A program made the translations under genes and the position numbers. From NCBI GenBank assembly GCA_045597865.1, contig JAZLKX010000025.1, positions 96,001 to 160,000 of the forward strand: a stretch of DNA of 64,000 nucleotides, written 5' to 3'. Source of the DNA: Bacilli bacterium (GTDB taxonomy: Bacteria > Bacillota_I > Bacilli_A > RFN20 > CAG-826). The notes beneath the pieces were generated by a model. It was not told where the DNA came from, ran no database searches, and saw nothing but the letters and a program-made list of their open reading frames with translations. Below, one piece after another: positions 8,613 to 17,417 of the stretch (positions are counted from its first letter, which is position 1; every line of letters starts with the position of its first letter).

Positions 8613-11600
8613 ATGAAACGCAAAAACTTTCTCAAAAAATTAGCAGCAGTTACCTTAGGTTTTGTTATGACCTTAGGAGTGGGTGCTGCAGGGTATGCTG
8701 CGAGCGCTAGCGAAACAAGAGCTGCTTCTGACACCTTTTCAATGTCATCAAATTATAGCAGTACCTCTTCTACAAATAGTAAATTGGTATGGGCAGATGA
8801 CTATGTGACCATTACTCAAGAAAAGGGAACTGGTTCATCTTTTAGCACTTCTTATACAACTGCACCACGTTGGTATAGTGGAAACACAATTACCTTTATT
8901 CCTGCAAGCGGTGTCACCATTACCCAAATGGTATTTACAACATCTCAAGGAAATGCTGCAGCTGGTACTTGGAGTTCTGGTAGTGGAAGTGCTAACACAT
9001 GGACTGGTTCTTGTTCACAAACTTTTACAGAATCTCATCCTTCCACTCAGTCGCGTCCGACAAGTATAGCTATTACATATACTGCAGGAAGCACAAAAAC
9101 AGTGACTTCAATTGCAATTAGCGGAGATATGTCTAAAAAAACATATACTACCGATGATTCTTTTGATTCAGCTGGCTTAACGGCAACAGCTACTTATAGT
9201 GATGCATCAACCGGAGATGTTACAAGTTCTGCTGAATTTGCTTTCATTCCTGCTTCTCCAACTGTTGGATTAACTAGTGTAGGCGTTACGGCTTCCTATG
9301 GTGGTAAAACATCGCCTTCATTCACTGTTAGCGGTCTTACCGTTACTGCTCCAACAACACAAAAAGTAACTATTAAAATTGCTGATATTGCTTCTCAAAA
9401 AAGTTGGACAAATCAGACTAAATATACAAGTTTTACTACTGGTGTTTTAACATTTACTGCTAGCGGTGGAACAAATACCGGAAAATATTATTCCGCAAGT
9501 CCTGGAACTTGGCGATTCTATAGCAGTGATAGTCCAAAAGGATCTTTATCAATTTCTATTCAATCAGGTTATAAAATTAAGAGTGTTACATCTAATCCGA
9601 CCGCAACTTTTAGTGTTGCACAGGATGGAAAAACAGCTTCTTTCACAGCCAGTAGCAATATAAACTTTAGCGAATTTGTTGTTGAATATGAACAAGATGG
9701 ACCAAGTCACGATGTTACAATAACTGGAACAACAACCACTGTTTATATCGGAAAAACTATAACTTTTACCGCAGGTTGTACAGCTTCTGACACGATTAGT
9801 TGGACTTCAAGCAATACTGGAATTGCAACTGTGGCAAATGGTGTTGTAACCGGTGTTTCTGCTGGTAAAACAACTATTACAGCAAGTTGTGCTGGTGGCG
9901 GATCAGACTCAGTTGAAGTAGAAGTTAAGGCAGATGTAAAAACATTGGTTTCAATAACTGCTTCGGGTGCTACGAATACATTTACTTTAGGTGATTCATT
10001 TGTAACTACAGGATTAGTTGTTACAGGTGAGTATTCACATACAGATGGTAGTGGCAATACATTTGAAACAATTTCAAGTGGCATTTCAACAACTCCTTCT
10101 GCAGGAAGTAAATTAAATACTCAAGGTTCACAAAATGTAACTGTAAACGCCGGCGGTAAATCTACTACTTATAGCATTACAGTTAATTATGCTGCCGTTA
10201 CCGGAATTGCTCCAGCAGTTGAAGAACAAGATATGGGACCAGGCGATGAATTTGTTTTCACAGCTTCAGTTTCTCCTGAAAACGCTAATCCAAAATATAC
10301 AGTTTCAGCCTCAAGTGATGATTTAGTTGAGGGTGAAGATTACATATTTGATGATGGTGATGTTTTGATTCTTGATGATACAAAAGAAGGTACACTTACT
10401 TTAACATTTACTTCAACAGGAAAAGATTCTGGAGGCAATAGTAAGACTTGTACAACAACAATTAATGTTAGTGCACAACACATACCACAAGTTGTTGAAT
10501 TTACAGCTTCAGGTACTCCAACAAAAGCAAAACAATATAGAAATGCTACTTTCTCATTAGATTTAAGCGGTATTACTATTACTGGTACATTTGACGATGA
10601 AAGCACTCAAACATTCAATTCTGATCAATTTAGTTGGAACACTACAGGCGAACATCCTGTTGGAACTTACTTATTGAATGATGAACTTGACGTTACTGTT
10701 TATTCTATTACATTAGAGGATGATGGTTTAGGAAGTATCGCATTCGTTGATGGTTGTGATATGACCAACAAAGAATATTGGGTTGGAGATAATTGGAATT
10801 TTGCTGGTTTAGCTATCGAAGGAAAATATAAATCAGGCCCAGATTTCACATTAGATACATCAAAAGTTTCATTTACAACTTCATCCACAACTAGTGCAGC
10901 AAGTGATAGCATGTCAATTGTTGTTACTGCACATTACCAAGGTTTTAGCGGAACTGAACCAACTAAAATAATTACAGGTATTAAAGTTAAGGCAGTCACG
11001 ATGACTTCTTTAACTGTTTCATATACAGGCGGTCAACCAGTTTTAGGCACAGATTTCGTATTTGCTGGCACAATCACTGCTAATTATTCAAATGGTGATA
11101 CTCAACCAATAACCGATTTCAGTACCGTGACTATTGGTGATGTTAATAAGTTTATATTAGATGAACAAACAATCACTGTTACACACAAAACAACAGGTGC
11201 ATCAGGCACATTTAAAGTGCAATACAAGACAAAAACAATTAGATATCAAACTGTATGGACAAAAGTTTCGTCTATAGCTGCAGGTGATGTCGTTACATTT
11301 GTTTATGAAGGTACAGATACGGCTTCTTATGCTACAGGCTGGGCAAAAAGCGATAACACTTTATCGAGTAACTTCTTAAATGTAAACATGAATGGTTCTG
11401 TAACAACTGAAGGTGGTGTTACTACCTTAAATTTAGCAACTGATTCGGAAACTTCACAAGTCATCAATCCATATGAATTAACAGTTGTTGATACAAGTTC
11501 AACATTATCAGAAACAGTTGCATTTAAGGATGGAGATTATTATGTACAAGCTTCATCAGCTAAGTCTTCGTCGAATTATTTAGGTTCTACATCTGGAGCA

Positions 11601-14495
11601 CCATCTGCAACAAATCAAAAATGCTGGAACGTTACATTCTCAGGAAGTGTTCCAACTATTAAGACTGAAACAAGTACAGACGGTACTTGGCGTTATATTA
11701 AATACAATAAGGGCTCAGGACAAGAGAGATTCTCCGGTTATGTTTCTGGACAAGAAGCCATTGCAATCTATAAAAAGACTCAAACTCCAATTGATGAACC
11801 TTCAATTATTAAATTTAGTGCATCAATTGTGAAAGATTCCCAAGGTGTTGAAAAAACATTTAATGAAGGAGACCCGATTACAGTTAATGATTTTACATGT
11901 TCAACACTCAATGACTTAAATGAAACTTCGCCTGTAACTGCAACTGATGTTAATCCAACAACATTAAATTCTGGAGTAAACGAGGTTACTGTTTACTATG
12001 GAACATGGAGTACAAAAGTAAGTGTTAATGCTGCTGAAGTTGCTCATTTAGATTCTATTGAAGTTGTTGCAAATACGGGCAAACGCGCATTTGAACGCGG
12101 TGATACATTTACATCAGATGGTCTTGAAGTAATGGCTCATTATAGCAATACTGATAAAACAAAATTCCCAGATCATAAGGTTACTGATTTTGAAATTACA
12201 ACTACCCCTGATATGACGGTTCTTGGTAATCAAAATATTGGTGTCTCATACACAGAGAATGGTGTTACAAAAACAACAAGCTATACCATTACTATTAACC
12301 CAAAAACATCTACATGGATTACGATTTCAGGTGAAGGTATTACTGGTTCTGACGGTGAATATTATTTGACTTCAGAAGTTACAAATAATGTCGCTTTAAC
12401 ATTTGGAAAAGATGGTGAGGAAGAAACAGTTAATTCATCAACAACTTCATCGTTCTTGTCATTCGCAAATGGTGTACTTTCTATCAATTCAAGTACAACA
12501 ACTAGTGAACAAGGCGATATTACATTCTCTGCAGGTAATGCTAGTGCAAAATTAACTGTTACCGTAACAGCACAAGAATCAATCACATTAATTTCAGATG
12601 AAGAAGTTAGCGGATTTATCGGTGATGAATTTGATGTTGAAATTGCATTAGGCAATGTAGGAAGTGCTGAATGGACACTTCCATCTAGCACTGATGGATT
12701 TACAGTTACAACAACTTCCAAAGATAATACTGGTTTTGTTGGTACAATTTCGGTTTCAGAAGCTTGTGTAAATAAAGAAGCAGTATTTAGTGTTTTAACT
12801 GGAAAAGGAGAAACACTAAGTGTTTCAGTTTACATTACTGCTATTTATGATGCTATCGATTCTATTTCAGCAACATGTTCTAAATCATATGTTGCAGGAC
12901 AAGATACATTTAATCCTTCAGATTTAACTGTTACTTATGAAAGATTATCAGGTGCAACTGGAGCATTAACTCCAGATGAATTTACTGTAACAGGCGCACC
13001 TACAGGCAAGCTTGCACGTACTTCTTATAATTTAACAATTACTTCTATAGAAGGTAGCAAGACATGTAACTGTACAATTTCTGCAGACATGCCAACAGGA
13101 TTAAATGTTGTTACGTCACACACAGAAGAAATACCAGGACAAACAACAGTTACCTGGAGCAAACTTACTAACAAGACTCAAGTTGATGCAAATGAAAAAG
13201 TTTATATCTACAACAGTACCAAAGGATATGTTACTGGTTACAATGGGTCCGATGCCACAGTTTCATCTACTTCATCAGATAGAGTTGAATTCACAATTAG
13301 TGTTGTAGATGCAACCCAAGGAATATTTAAATTATGTGATCCAAATACACAAAAATATATAACATATTACACATCAAATAAGTTTGGTATTACTTCATCA
13401 GCCTCAGATAGTGCAGGAGCAATCTTTAAAATTAATGAAGATGGTCATTTCGAATGTGTTAGCAAAGATAATACAACAAGTAGATATTTGTGTGCTAACG
13501 GAAACTATCTACGCATGTATACCGCAATTGGCTCTTATACGCCATTTGACTTATATATTTCAAAAACAACTCCAGGCACACCAACTTATGTCACAACATA
13601 TACAAATCACGAAAGTATGTCTGGAACAATGTTTGACTTCATTAATAGATGGGGTGGAACAGAATTAACAGCTGCAAATTGGGGTGACATCTTTGATTCA
13701 GATGAATATAAAGCATTAACAGCTACCGATAAGGAATGGTTCAAAAATGGTGTAGCAGCTGATGATAAAGGAACAATGGAATCATGTGAAATGTTCGCCG
13801 ATTTCATTACTAAATACGATGAATTAGTTGCTATCAATGGTTTAACCAATTACTTAGTAAGAACTCCATTATCAACATACACAATCACAATTAATTATGA
13901 TAATGGTGAAGAAAACGGTACTGCAAAAGTTATCCAAGGCGAAAAATATACATTGCCAGATAAACCAACAAAGGACGGTTATGTTTTCAAAGGCTGGACA
14001 GTTGGTTCAGGATCTGATTACTTACAACCAGGCGATCAAATCGATGTTTCAGGAGATATCACAATTAAGGCAAACTGGGTTGTAGGCATTACATTCTCAA
14101 GTGAAGTTGGATTTAAGTTCACTGGTCTTGATATAACTAGATTCCAACTCATCTTCAATGGTACATGTCCAGACGATGCTGAATCATATGGCTTCTTGTA
14201 CACAAAGAAAGATATTGATTTAACCAAAGTTGATATTGATGAAGCAATTGCAGGAAATGTAAGTGGAGTTGCCACAGTAACAGGAAAGAACCAAGCAGTA
14301 CTTGGTACAAGTTATGGTTCTACAACTGTAACAGTCGTCTTCTATTACGTCGATGCTGATGGAGATGTTCAATACAGTGATCCAATCACAATGTCATTTG
14401 ATAGTTACGTAACATCAGATGAATTTGATATCAGTATTGTTGATGATGTATACGCAAAACTCTGTTTAGAGTATTACATTGCAAATCTTAAATAA
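8613..14495 (+). CDS. giant secreted/surface protein with multiple bacterial Ig-like domains and an InlB B-repeat
   Basis: RBS AAGGAG, Sec signal peptide, Big_3-like repeats (Y..GD.F...GL.VTA.YS), Big_2-like WTSSNTGIATV, B-repeat PTKDGYVFKGW; Thr/Ser-rich; no LPXTG seen. Confidence 0.85.
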   Translation: MKRKNFLKKLAAVTLGFVMTLGVGAAGYAASASETRAASDTFSMSSNYSSTSSTNSKLVWADDYVTITQEKGTGSSFSTSYTTAPRWYSGNTITFIPASGVTITQMVFTTSQGNAAAGTWSSGSGSANTWTGSCSQTFTESHPSTQSRPTSIAITYTAGSTKTVTSIAISGDMSKKTYTTDDSFDSAGLTATATYSDASTGDVTSSAEFAFIPASPTVGLTSVGVTASYGGKTSPSFTVSGLTVTAPTTQKVTIKIADIASQKSWTNQTKYTSFTTGVLTFTASGGTNTGKYYSASPGTWRFYSSDSPKGSLSISIQSGYKIKSVTSNPTATFSVAQDGKTASFTASSNINFSEFVVEYEQDGPSHDVTITGTTTTVYIGKTITFTAGCTASDTISWTSSNTGIATVANGVVTGVSAGKTTITASCAGGGSDSVEVEVKADVKTLVSITASGATNTFTLGDSFVTTGLVVTGEYSHTDGSGNTFETISSGISTTPSAGSKLNTQGSQNVTVNAGGKSTTYSITVNYAAVTGIAPAVEEQDMGPGDEFVFTASVSPENANPKYTVSASSDDLVEGEDYIFDDGDVLILDDTKEGTLTLTFTSTGKDSGGNSKTCTTTINVSAQHIPQVVEFTASGTPTKAKQYRNATFSLDLSGITITGTFDDESTQTFNSDQFSWNTTGEHPVGTYLLNDELDVTVYSITLEDDGLGSIAFVDGCDMTNKEYWVGDNWNFAGLAIEGKYKSGPDFTLDTSKVSFTTSSTTSAASDSMSIVVTAHYQGFSGTEPTKIITGIKVKAVTMTSLTVSYTGGQPVLGTDFVFAGTITANYSNGDTQPITDFSTVTIGDVNKFILDEQTITVTHKTTGASGTFKVQYKTKTIRYQTVWTKVSSIAAGDVVTFVYEGTDTASYATGWAKSDNTLSSNFLNVNMNGSVTTEGGVTTLNLATDSETSQVINPYELTVVDTSSTLSETVAFKDGDYYVQASSAKSSSNYLGSTSGAPSATNQKCWNVTFSGSVPTIKTETSTDGTWRYIKYNKGSGQERFSGYVSGQEAIAIYKKTQTPIDEPSIIKFSASIVKDSQGVEKTFNEGDPITVNDFTCSTLNDLNETSPVTATDVNPTTLNSGVNEVTVYYGTWSTKVSVNAAEVAHLDSIEVVANTGKRAFERGDTFTSDGLEVMAHYSNTDKTKFPDHKVTDFEITTTPDMTVLGNQNIGVSYTENGVTKTTSYTITINPKTSTWITISGEGITGSDGEYYLTSEVTNNVALTFGKDGEEETVNSSTTSSFLSFANGVLSINSSTTTSEQGDITFSAGNASAKLTVTVTAQESITLISDEEVSGFIGDEFDVEIALGNVGSAEWTLPSSTDGFTVTTTSKDNTGFVGTISVSEACVNKEAVFSVLTGKGETLSVSVYITAIYDAIDSISATCSKSYVAGQDTFNPSDLTVTYERLSGATGALTPDEFTVTGAPTGKLARTSYNLTITSIEGSKTCNCTISADMPTGLNVVTSHTEEIPGQTTVTWSKLTNKTQVDANEKVYIYNSTKGYVTGYNGSDATVSSTSSDRVEFTISVVDATQGIFKLCDPNTQKYITYYTSNKFGITSSASDSAGAIFKINEDGHFECVSKDNTTSRYLCANGNYLRMYTAIGSYTPFDLYISKTTPGTPTYVTTYTNHESMSGTMFDFINRWGGTELTAANWGDIFDSDEYKALTATDKEWFKNGVAADDKGTMESCEMFADFITKYDELVAINGLTNYLVRTPLSTYTITINYDNGEENGTAKVIQGEKYTLPDKPTKDGYVFKGWTVGSGSDYLQPGDQIDVSGDITIKANWVVGITFSSEVGFKFTGLDITRFQLIFNGTCPDDAESYGFLYTKKDIDLTKVDIDEAIAGNVSGVATVTGKNQAVLGTSYGSTTVTVVFYYVDADGDVQYSDPITMSFDSYVTSDEFDISIVDDVYAKLCLEYYIANLK

Positions 14496-14516
14496 TGAAA
14501 TTAAAGGAGAAAAATT

Positions 14517-14639
14517 ATGGAAAAAGTAAAATATACATTGCCAGAAATTGAAGTTGTTGATTTAACCGATGATTTCATTATTACTACATCTGGTTGGAAC
14601 GATTATCCTGAAGATGGCGATCTTGATGATTTAGATTAA
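14517..14639 (+). CDS. 40-aa acidic peptide MEKVKYTLPEIEVVDLTDDFIITTSGWNDYPEDGDLDDLD
   Basis: RBS AAAGGAG 7 nt upstream; YxxPxI leader-like motif; below the ORF-track cutoff. Confidence 0.7.
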   Translation: MEKVKYTLPEIEVVDLTDDFIITTSGWNDYPEDGDLDDLD

Positions 14640-14662
14640 AAGAAGCAATCATCTAATAAATA

Positions 14663-15280
14663 TTGGGATATATTATGAAAAAAGAAAACACTAATTACAA
14701 AAACAATTTGTCTCTTATAAAAAACGATGTTAAATATATTCAGACAAATTATAAAAAATACAATGGAATAGATGCTGCTGCAGAAATAATGAAAGCATCA
14801 TATAACTTTGCAGAAAAAGAAATGGAAGAAGAGATTTGTAGAGGAAGGGAAATTGGGAGTACAGTTAACTTTTTGTTCATTATAATTGGTTTTTTCCTTG
14901 CAGCGTATATTTCATTATTTATATTTGCACGCGGAAGCGAATTATCAACTTTATTGAAAGTTATTTTTGGCATCGCTGGTGTGTTGACCATTCTTGTTTT
15001 AGTTTTGCTAATTATTAGTGTCATGTATTTCAAGAAACATTGCATGCCTTCGCCTATGAACACTGCTATTAAATTATTAAGTAACTATAAAGATAATGAA
15101 GTTGATTTCATTAAGGATAAAGATGCTTTATTCGAAGCTGATTATGTATTGGAAAATGAAATAAAATTCAATCAAATGGTTAAAGAAAACTCTATTAAAT
15201 TAATTTTGACAAAAATAGCAGCAATTGGTGTTGGCGTTTTGTTTACATTATTAATTGTTATTTTATTTTTATTATTTTAA
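14663..15280 (+). CDS. 3-TM membrane protein (topology like Pycsar-type TM effectors)
   Basis: N-terminal helix, two TM segments, soluble loop, C-terminal TM; same layout as 15721..16326; start may be ATG 14675. Confidence 0.7.
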   Translation: MGYIMKKENTNYKNNLSLIKNDVKYIQTNYKKYNGIDAAAEIMKASYNFAEKEMEEEICRGREIGSTVNFLFIIIGFFLAAYISLFIFARGSELSTLLKVIFGIAGVLTILVLVLLIISVMYFKKHCMPSPMNTAIKLLSNYKDNEVDFIKDKDALFEADYVLENEIKFNQMVKENSIKLILTKIAAIGVGVLFTLLIVILFLLF

Positions 15281-15299
15281 ATAAAGGAGAAATGATAGT

Positions 15300-15482
15300 A
15301 TGCCTCAAAAATTACTTGAAAGAACAAAAACTCCTCAAAAAGATTGGGATCCAATCGGTGGAGGTAATAGAAGTCATAAAATTAATGAAGAATGGGGTCC
15401 TCTAAGTCCAGACGATTCTTCAAATGAAAGAATAAATGAAGAATGGGGTCCTCTGAATGGCGATAAAGGCGATGATCGTTAG
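15300..15482 (+). CDS. 60-aa hydrophilic peptide with INEEWGPL repeats
   Basis: RBS AAAGGAG; 20-bp DNA repeat AATGAAGAATGGGGTCCTCT present twice. Confidence 0.65.
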   Translation: MPQKLLERTKTPQKDWDPIGGGNRSHKINEEWGPLSPDDSSNERINEEWGPLNGDKGDDR

Positions 15483-15606
15483 AAATTTAATAAATTATTT
15501 ACTTGTTATTTAAAAAAACTCATATACTTATTAGTATATGGACGTAATTGTTATAGTATGGTCACTCTTTTAAAATAATAATGAATGATTTTCGAAGGAA
15601 AAAAGT

Positions 15607-15708
15607 ATGAATATTCTTTATTTTATTAATTTAATTAATGATGATAAAAAGCCATCAACAAACAATCCTGGTGGAAACGGTACGGAAACGCGCGGACCTA
15701 TAAGATAG
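15607..15708 (+). CDS. 33-aa peptide MNILYFINLINDDKKPSTNNPGGNGTETRGPIR
   Basis: RBS GAAGGA; shares GGNGTExR with 16301..16444; not in ORF track. Confidence 0.55.
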   Translation: MNILYFINLINDDKKPSTNNPGGNGTETRGPIR

Positions 15709-15720
15709 AGGAAGCGGGAA

Positions 15721-16326
15721 ATGAAGGACTTTATTGATAAAAAACGTAAAGAAATTGAAAAATTAAATCCAAAAAATCATGATAAAATTTTTGCCGATGG
15801 ATTAAAAACAAGTTTAGATTTAGCTATTAATAGTTACGAGGAAGAATTAAGAAGATCTGAAAAAATCCAAAATTCAATTACTGGTTTGTTAACATTTGTA
15901 TCTTTTCTTTTTGGTGGCTTTGTAATATTTATTGTAAATTTTAAATTTCAATATTTTAAATGGGATTCTTTCCTTGTTATTCCAGAAGCTATTTTGATAA
16001 CTGTTATTATGATATTGCTAATCATTGCAACAAGATATCATTCATATGAGTGTTTCGTTAATCCTGAAAAACAAGTTATTGGCACTTTCGATAAATTAAT
16101 TCATGACTATGGTGTTATAGATAATAAGTTTATACCCGGTTTAAAAGAAACTATTTTATTGTGCGATTATGTAAGAGTTTTTGATTCTGTTCAATTAGTT
16201 AATGATAAAAAGAAAAAAATGCTAAATTTTTCAGCTATCTTATTAAGTATTTTTATTTTCTTATTTTTAATTAGTTTAATATTAACAATTGTTGGAGGGT
16301 ATGCAAATGCCATTAAACAAAACTAA
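15721..16326 (+). CDS. 3-TM membrane protein, paralogous topology to 14663..15280
   Basis: YEEELRRSEKIQ helix, two TMs, loop, NDKKKKML then C-terminal TM. Confidence 0.75.
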   Translation: MKDFIDKKRKEIEKLNPKNHDKIFADGLKTSLDLAINSYEEELRRSEKIQNSITGLLTFVSFLFGGFVIFIVNFKFQYFKWDSFLVIPEAILITVIMILLIIATRYHSYECFVNPEKQVIGTFDKLIHDYGVIDNKFIPGLKETILLCDYVRVFDSVQLVNDKKKKMLNFSAILLSIFIFLFLISLILTIVGGYANAIKQN

Positions 16327-16444
16327 TAGATTTAACAAAAGAGCAAAGTTTAAAAAACGCTTGATTCGTAAAATGAGGCGAATATGCCTATCTAAAAAAA
16401 GTAACGGTGGTAATGGAACTGAAAAAAGAATCGGGATTGAGTAA
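16301..16444 (+). CDS. 47-aa basic peptide MQMPLNKTNRFNKRAKFKKRLIRKMRRICLSKKSNGGNGTEKRIGIE
   Basis: RBS GGAGG 3-9 nt before two ATGs; overlaps the end of the 3-TM gene; GGNGTExR motif; not in ORF track. Confidence 0.55.
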   Translation: MQMPLNKTNRFNKRAKFKKRLIRKMRRICLSKKSNGGNGTEKRIGIE

Positions 16445-16455
16445 AAAGAATTAAT

Positions 16456-16947
16456 ATGCCTTGTAATAAAAATTTGGTAATAAAAACTCTTGAAAAAGAA
16501 TTAACTAAAGTAGATTTAATGCAAGGAGAGTTTCTTAATCCTGGCACAAGAGAGATTTCCCTGAGTTTTAGAGTCGGATCTGTTTACGGGATTTTTGTTC
16601 AACTTAATGATGAAGAAATAGAACAATTTAAAAAAGATCTAATAAAATATGGTGGTTTCTATAAAAATCGTTTACTAAATTGGAAACCAATCAAAGATAA
16701 TTTTTATCCTTTATATTGGGGTTCAGATCAGTATATAGGTAGTCGTTTATTAGCGCATAGTAAAAGCCCAGTATCTACTGGAACGCTTCATTTGAATAAT
16801 AGAAAAGAACTTATTGATAAAAAAATAATATATGGAGCAATTCTTTGCGATGATTATAAGGAATCTGAGAAAAGGATGCGTAAACTTTATCCTGATGTTT
16901 ATAAAACAAAATCGAGGAAAAAGAATAATAATTTAGGAGACGATTAA
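16456..16947 (+). CDS. GIY-YIG-like nuclease superfamily protein (divergent)
   Basis: GSVYGIF...LYWG...IGSRLLAH...ESEKRM matches the GIY / YIG / R..H / E arrangement. Confidence 0.55.
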   Translation: MPCNKNLVIKTLEKELTKVDLMQGEFLNPGTREISLSFRVGSVYGIFVQLNDEEIEQFKKDLIKYGGFYKNRLLNWKPIKDNFYPLYWGSDQYIGSRLLAHSKSPVSTGTLHLNNRKELIDKKIIYGAILCDDYKESEKRMRKLYPDVYKTKSRKKNNNLGDD

Positions 16948-16949
16948 GA

Positions 16950-17336
16950 ATGTCAAAACCACACGAAAATCAAATTTATATTGTTTCATTGAGCGAAGAA
17001 CTTAATTCTATTGAAAAATTAAAAAATAACAAATATTCTATGCCTGTTGGTCATAGATATTTATCATATCCTCCTGAGTATATGGGTTTTAGATATGATC
17101 GCAAATTACAAAGAATCAGTCATGTTGATAAAGTTGGTTATTTTTATGATTCAAGAGGTTTTTTGAATTTTGAATTTGAATTAGGACCAAATCTTCTAGA
17201 TCCTAGTGTTTGTATTAAACCTGGCAAAGGTATACAAGATGCTCGTAAATGGGTTGATTTTGATTTGCTTTTTGAACCAGGCACCACAATTGTTAAAGCT
17301 GCGCATAAAACTAAATTAAGACATTCTAACAACTAA
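16950..17336 (+). CDS. hypothetical 128-aa protein, possible stand-alone DNA-reader domain
   Basis: RBS AGGAG; Y..PVG..Y...PPEYMGFRY..KLQ.I.HV pattern; 2 nt after the preceding stop. Confidence 0.6.
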   Translation: MSKPHENQIYIVSLSEELNSIEKLKNNKYSMPVGHRYLSYPPEYMGFRYDRKLQRISHVDKVGYFYDSRGFLNFEFELGPNLLDPSVCIKPGKGIQDARKWVDFDLLFEPGTTIVKAAHKTKLRHSNN

Positions 17337-17417
17337 TTTTTTGTTAAATCATTTAATTTTTTTCTATATATCTTATTAATATAATTAAAAAAATAATTAA
17401 AATTTATTTTCATTATT

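Noticed and set aside
8878-14275. Many short alternative-frame and antisense ORFs inside the giant gene (likewise inside 34350-36857 and 49152-56356)
   Set aside because: Expected shadows of biased codon usage in long genes; no RBS or motifs
14517-16444. Complete lasso/RiPP cluster, or complete Pycsar/CBASS system
   Set aside because: No cyclase, peptidase, radical SAM, ATP-grasp or nucleotide cyclase gene nearby; kept only as peptide and TM observations
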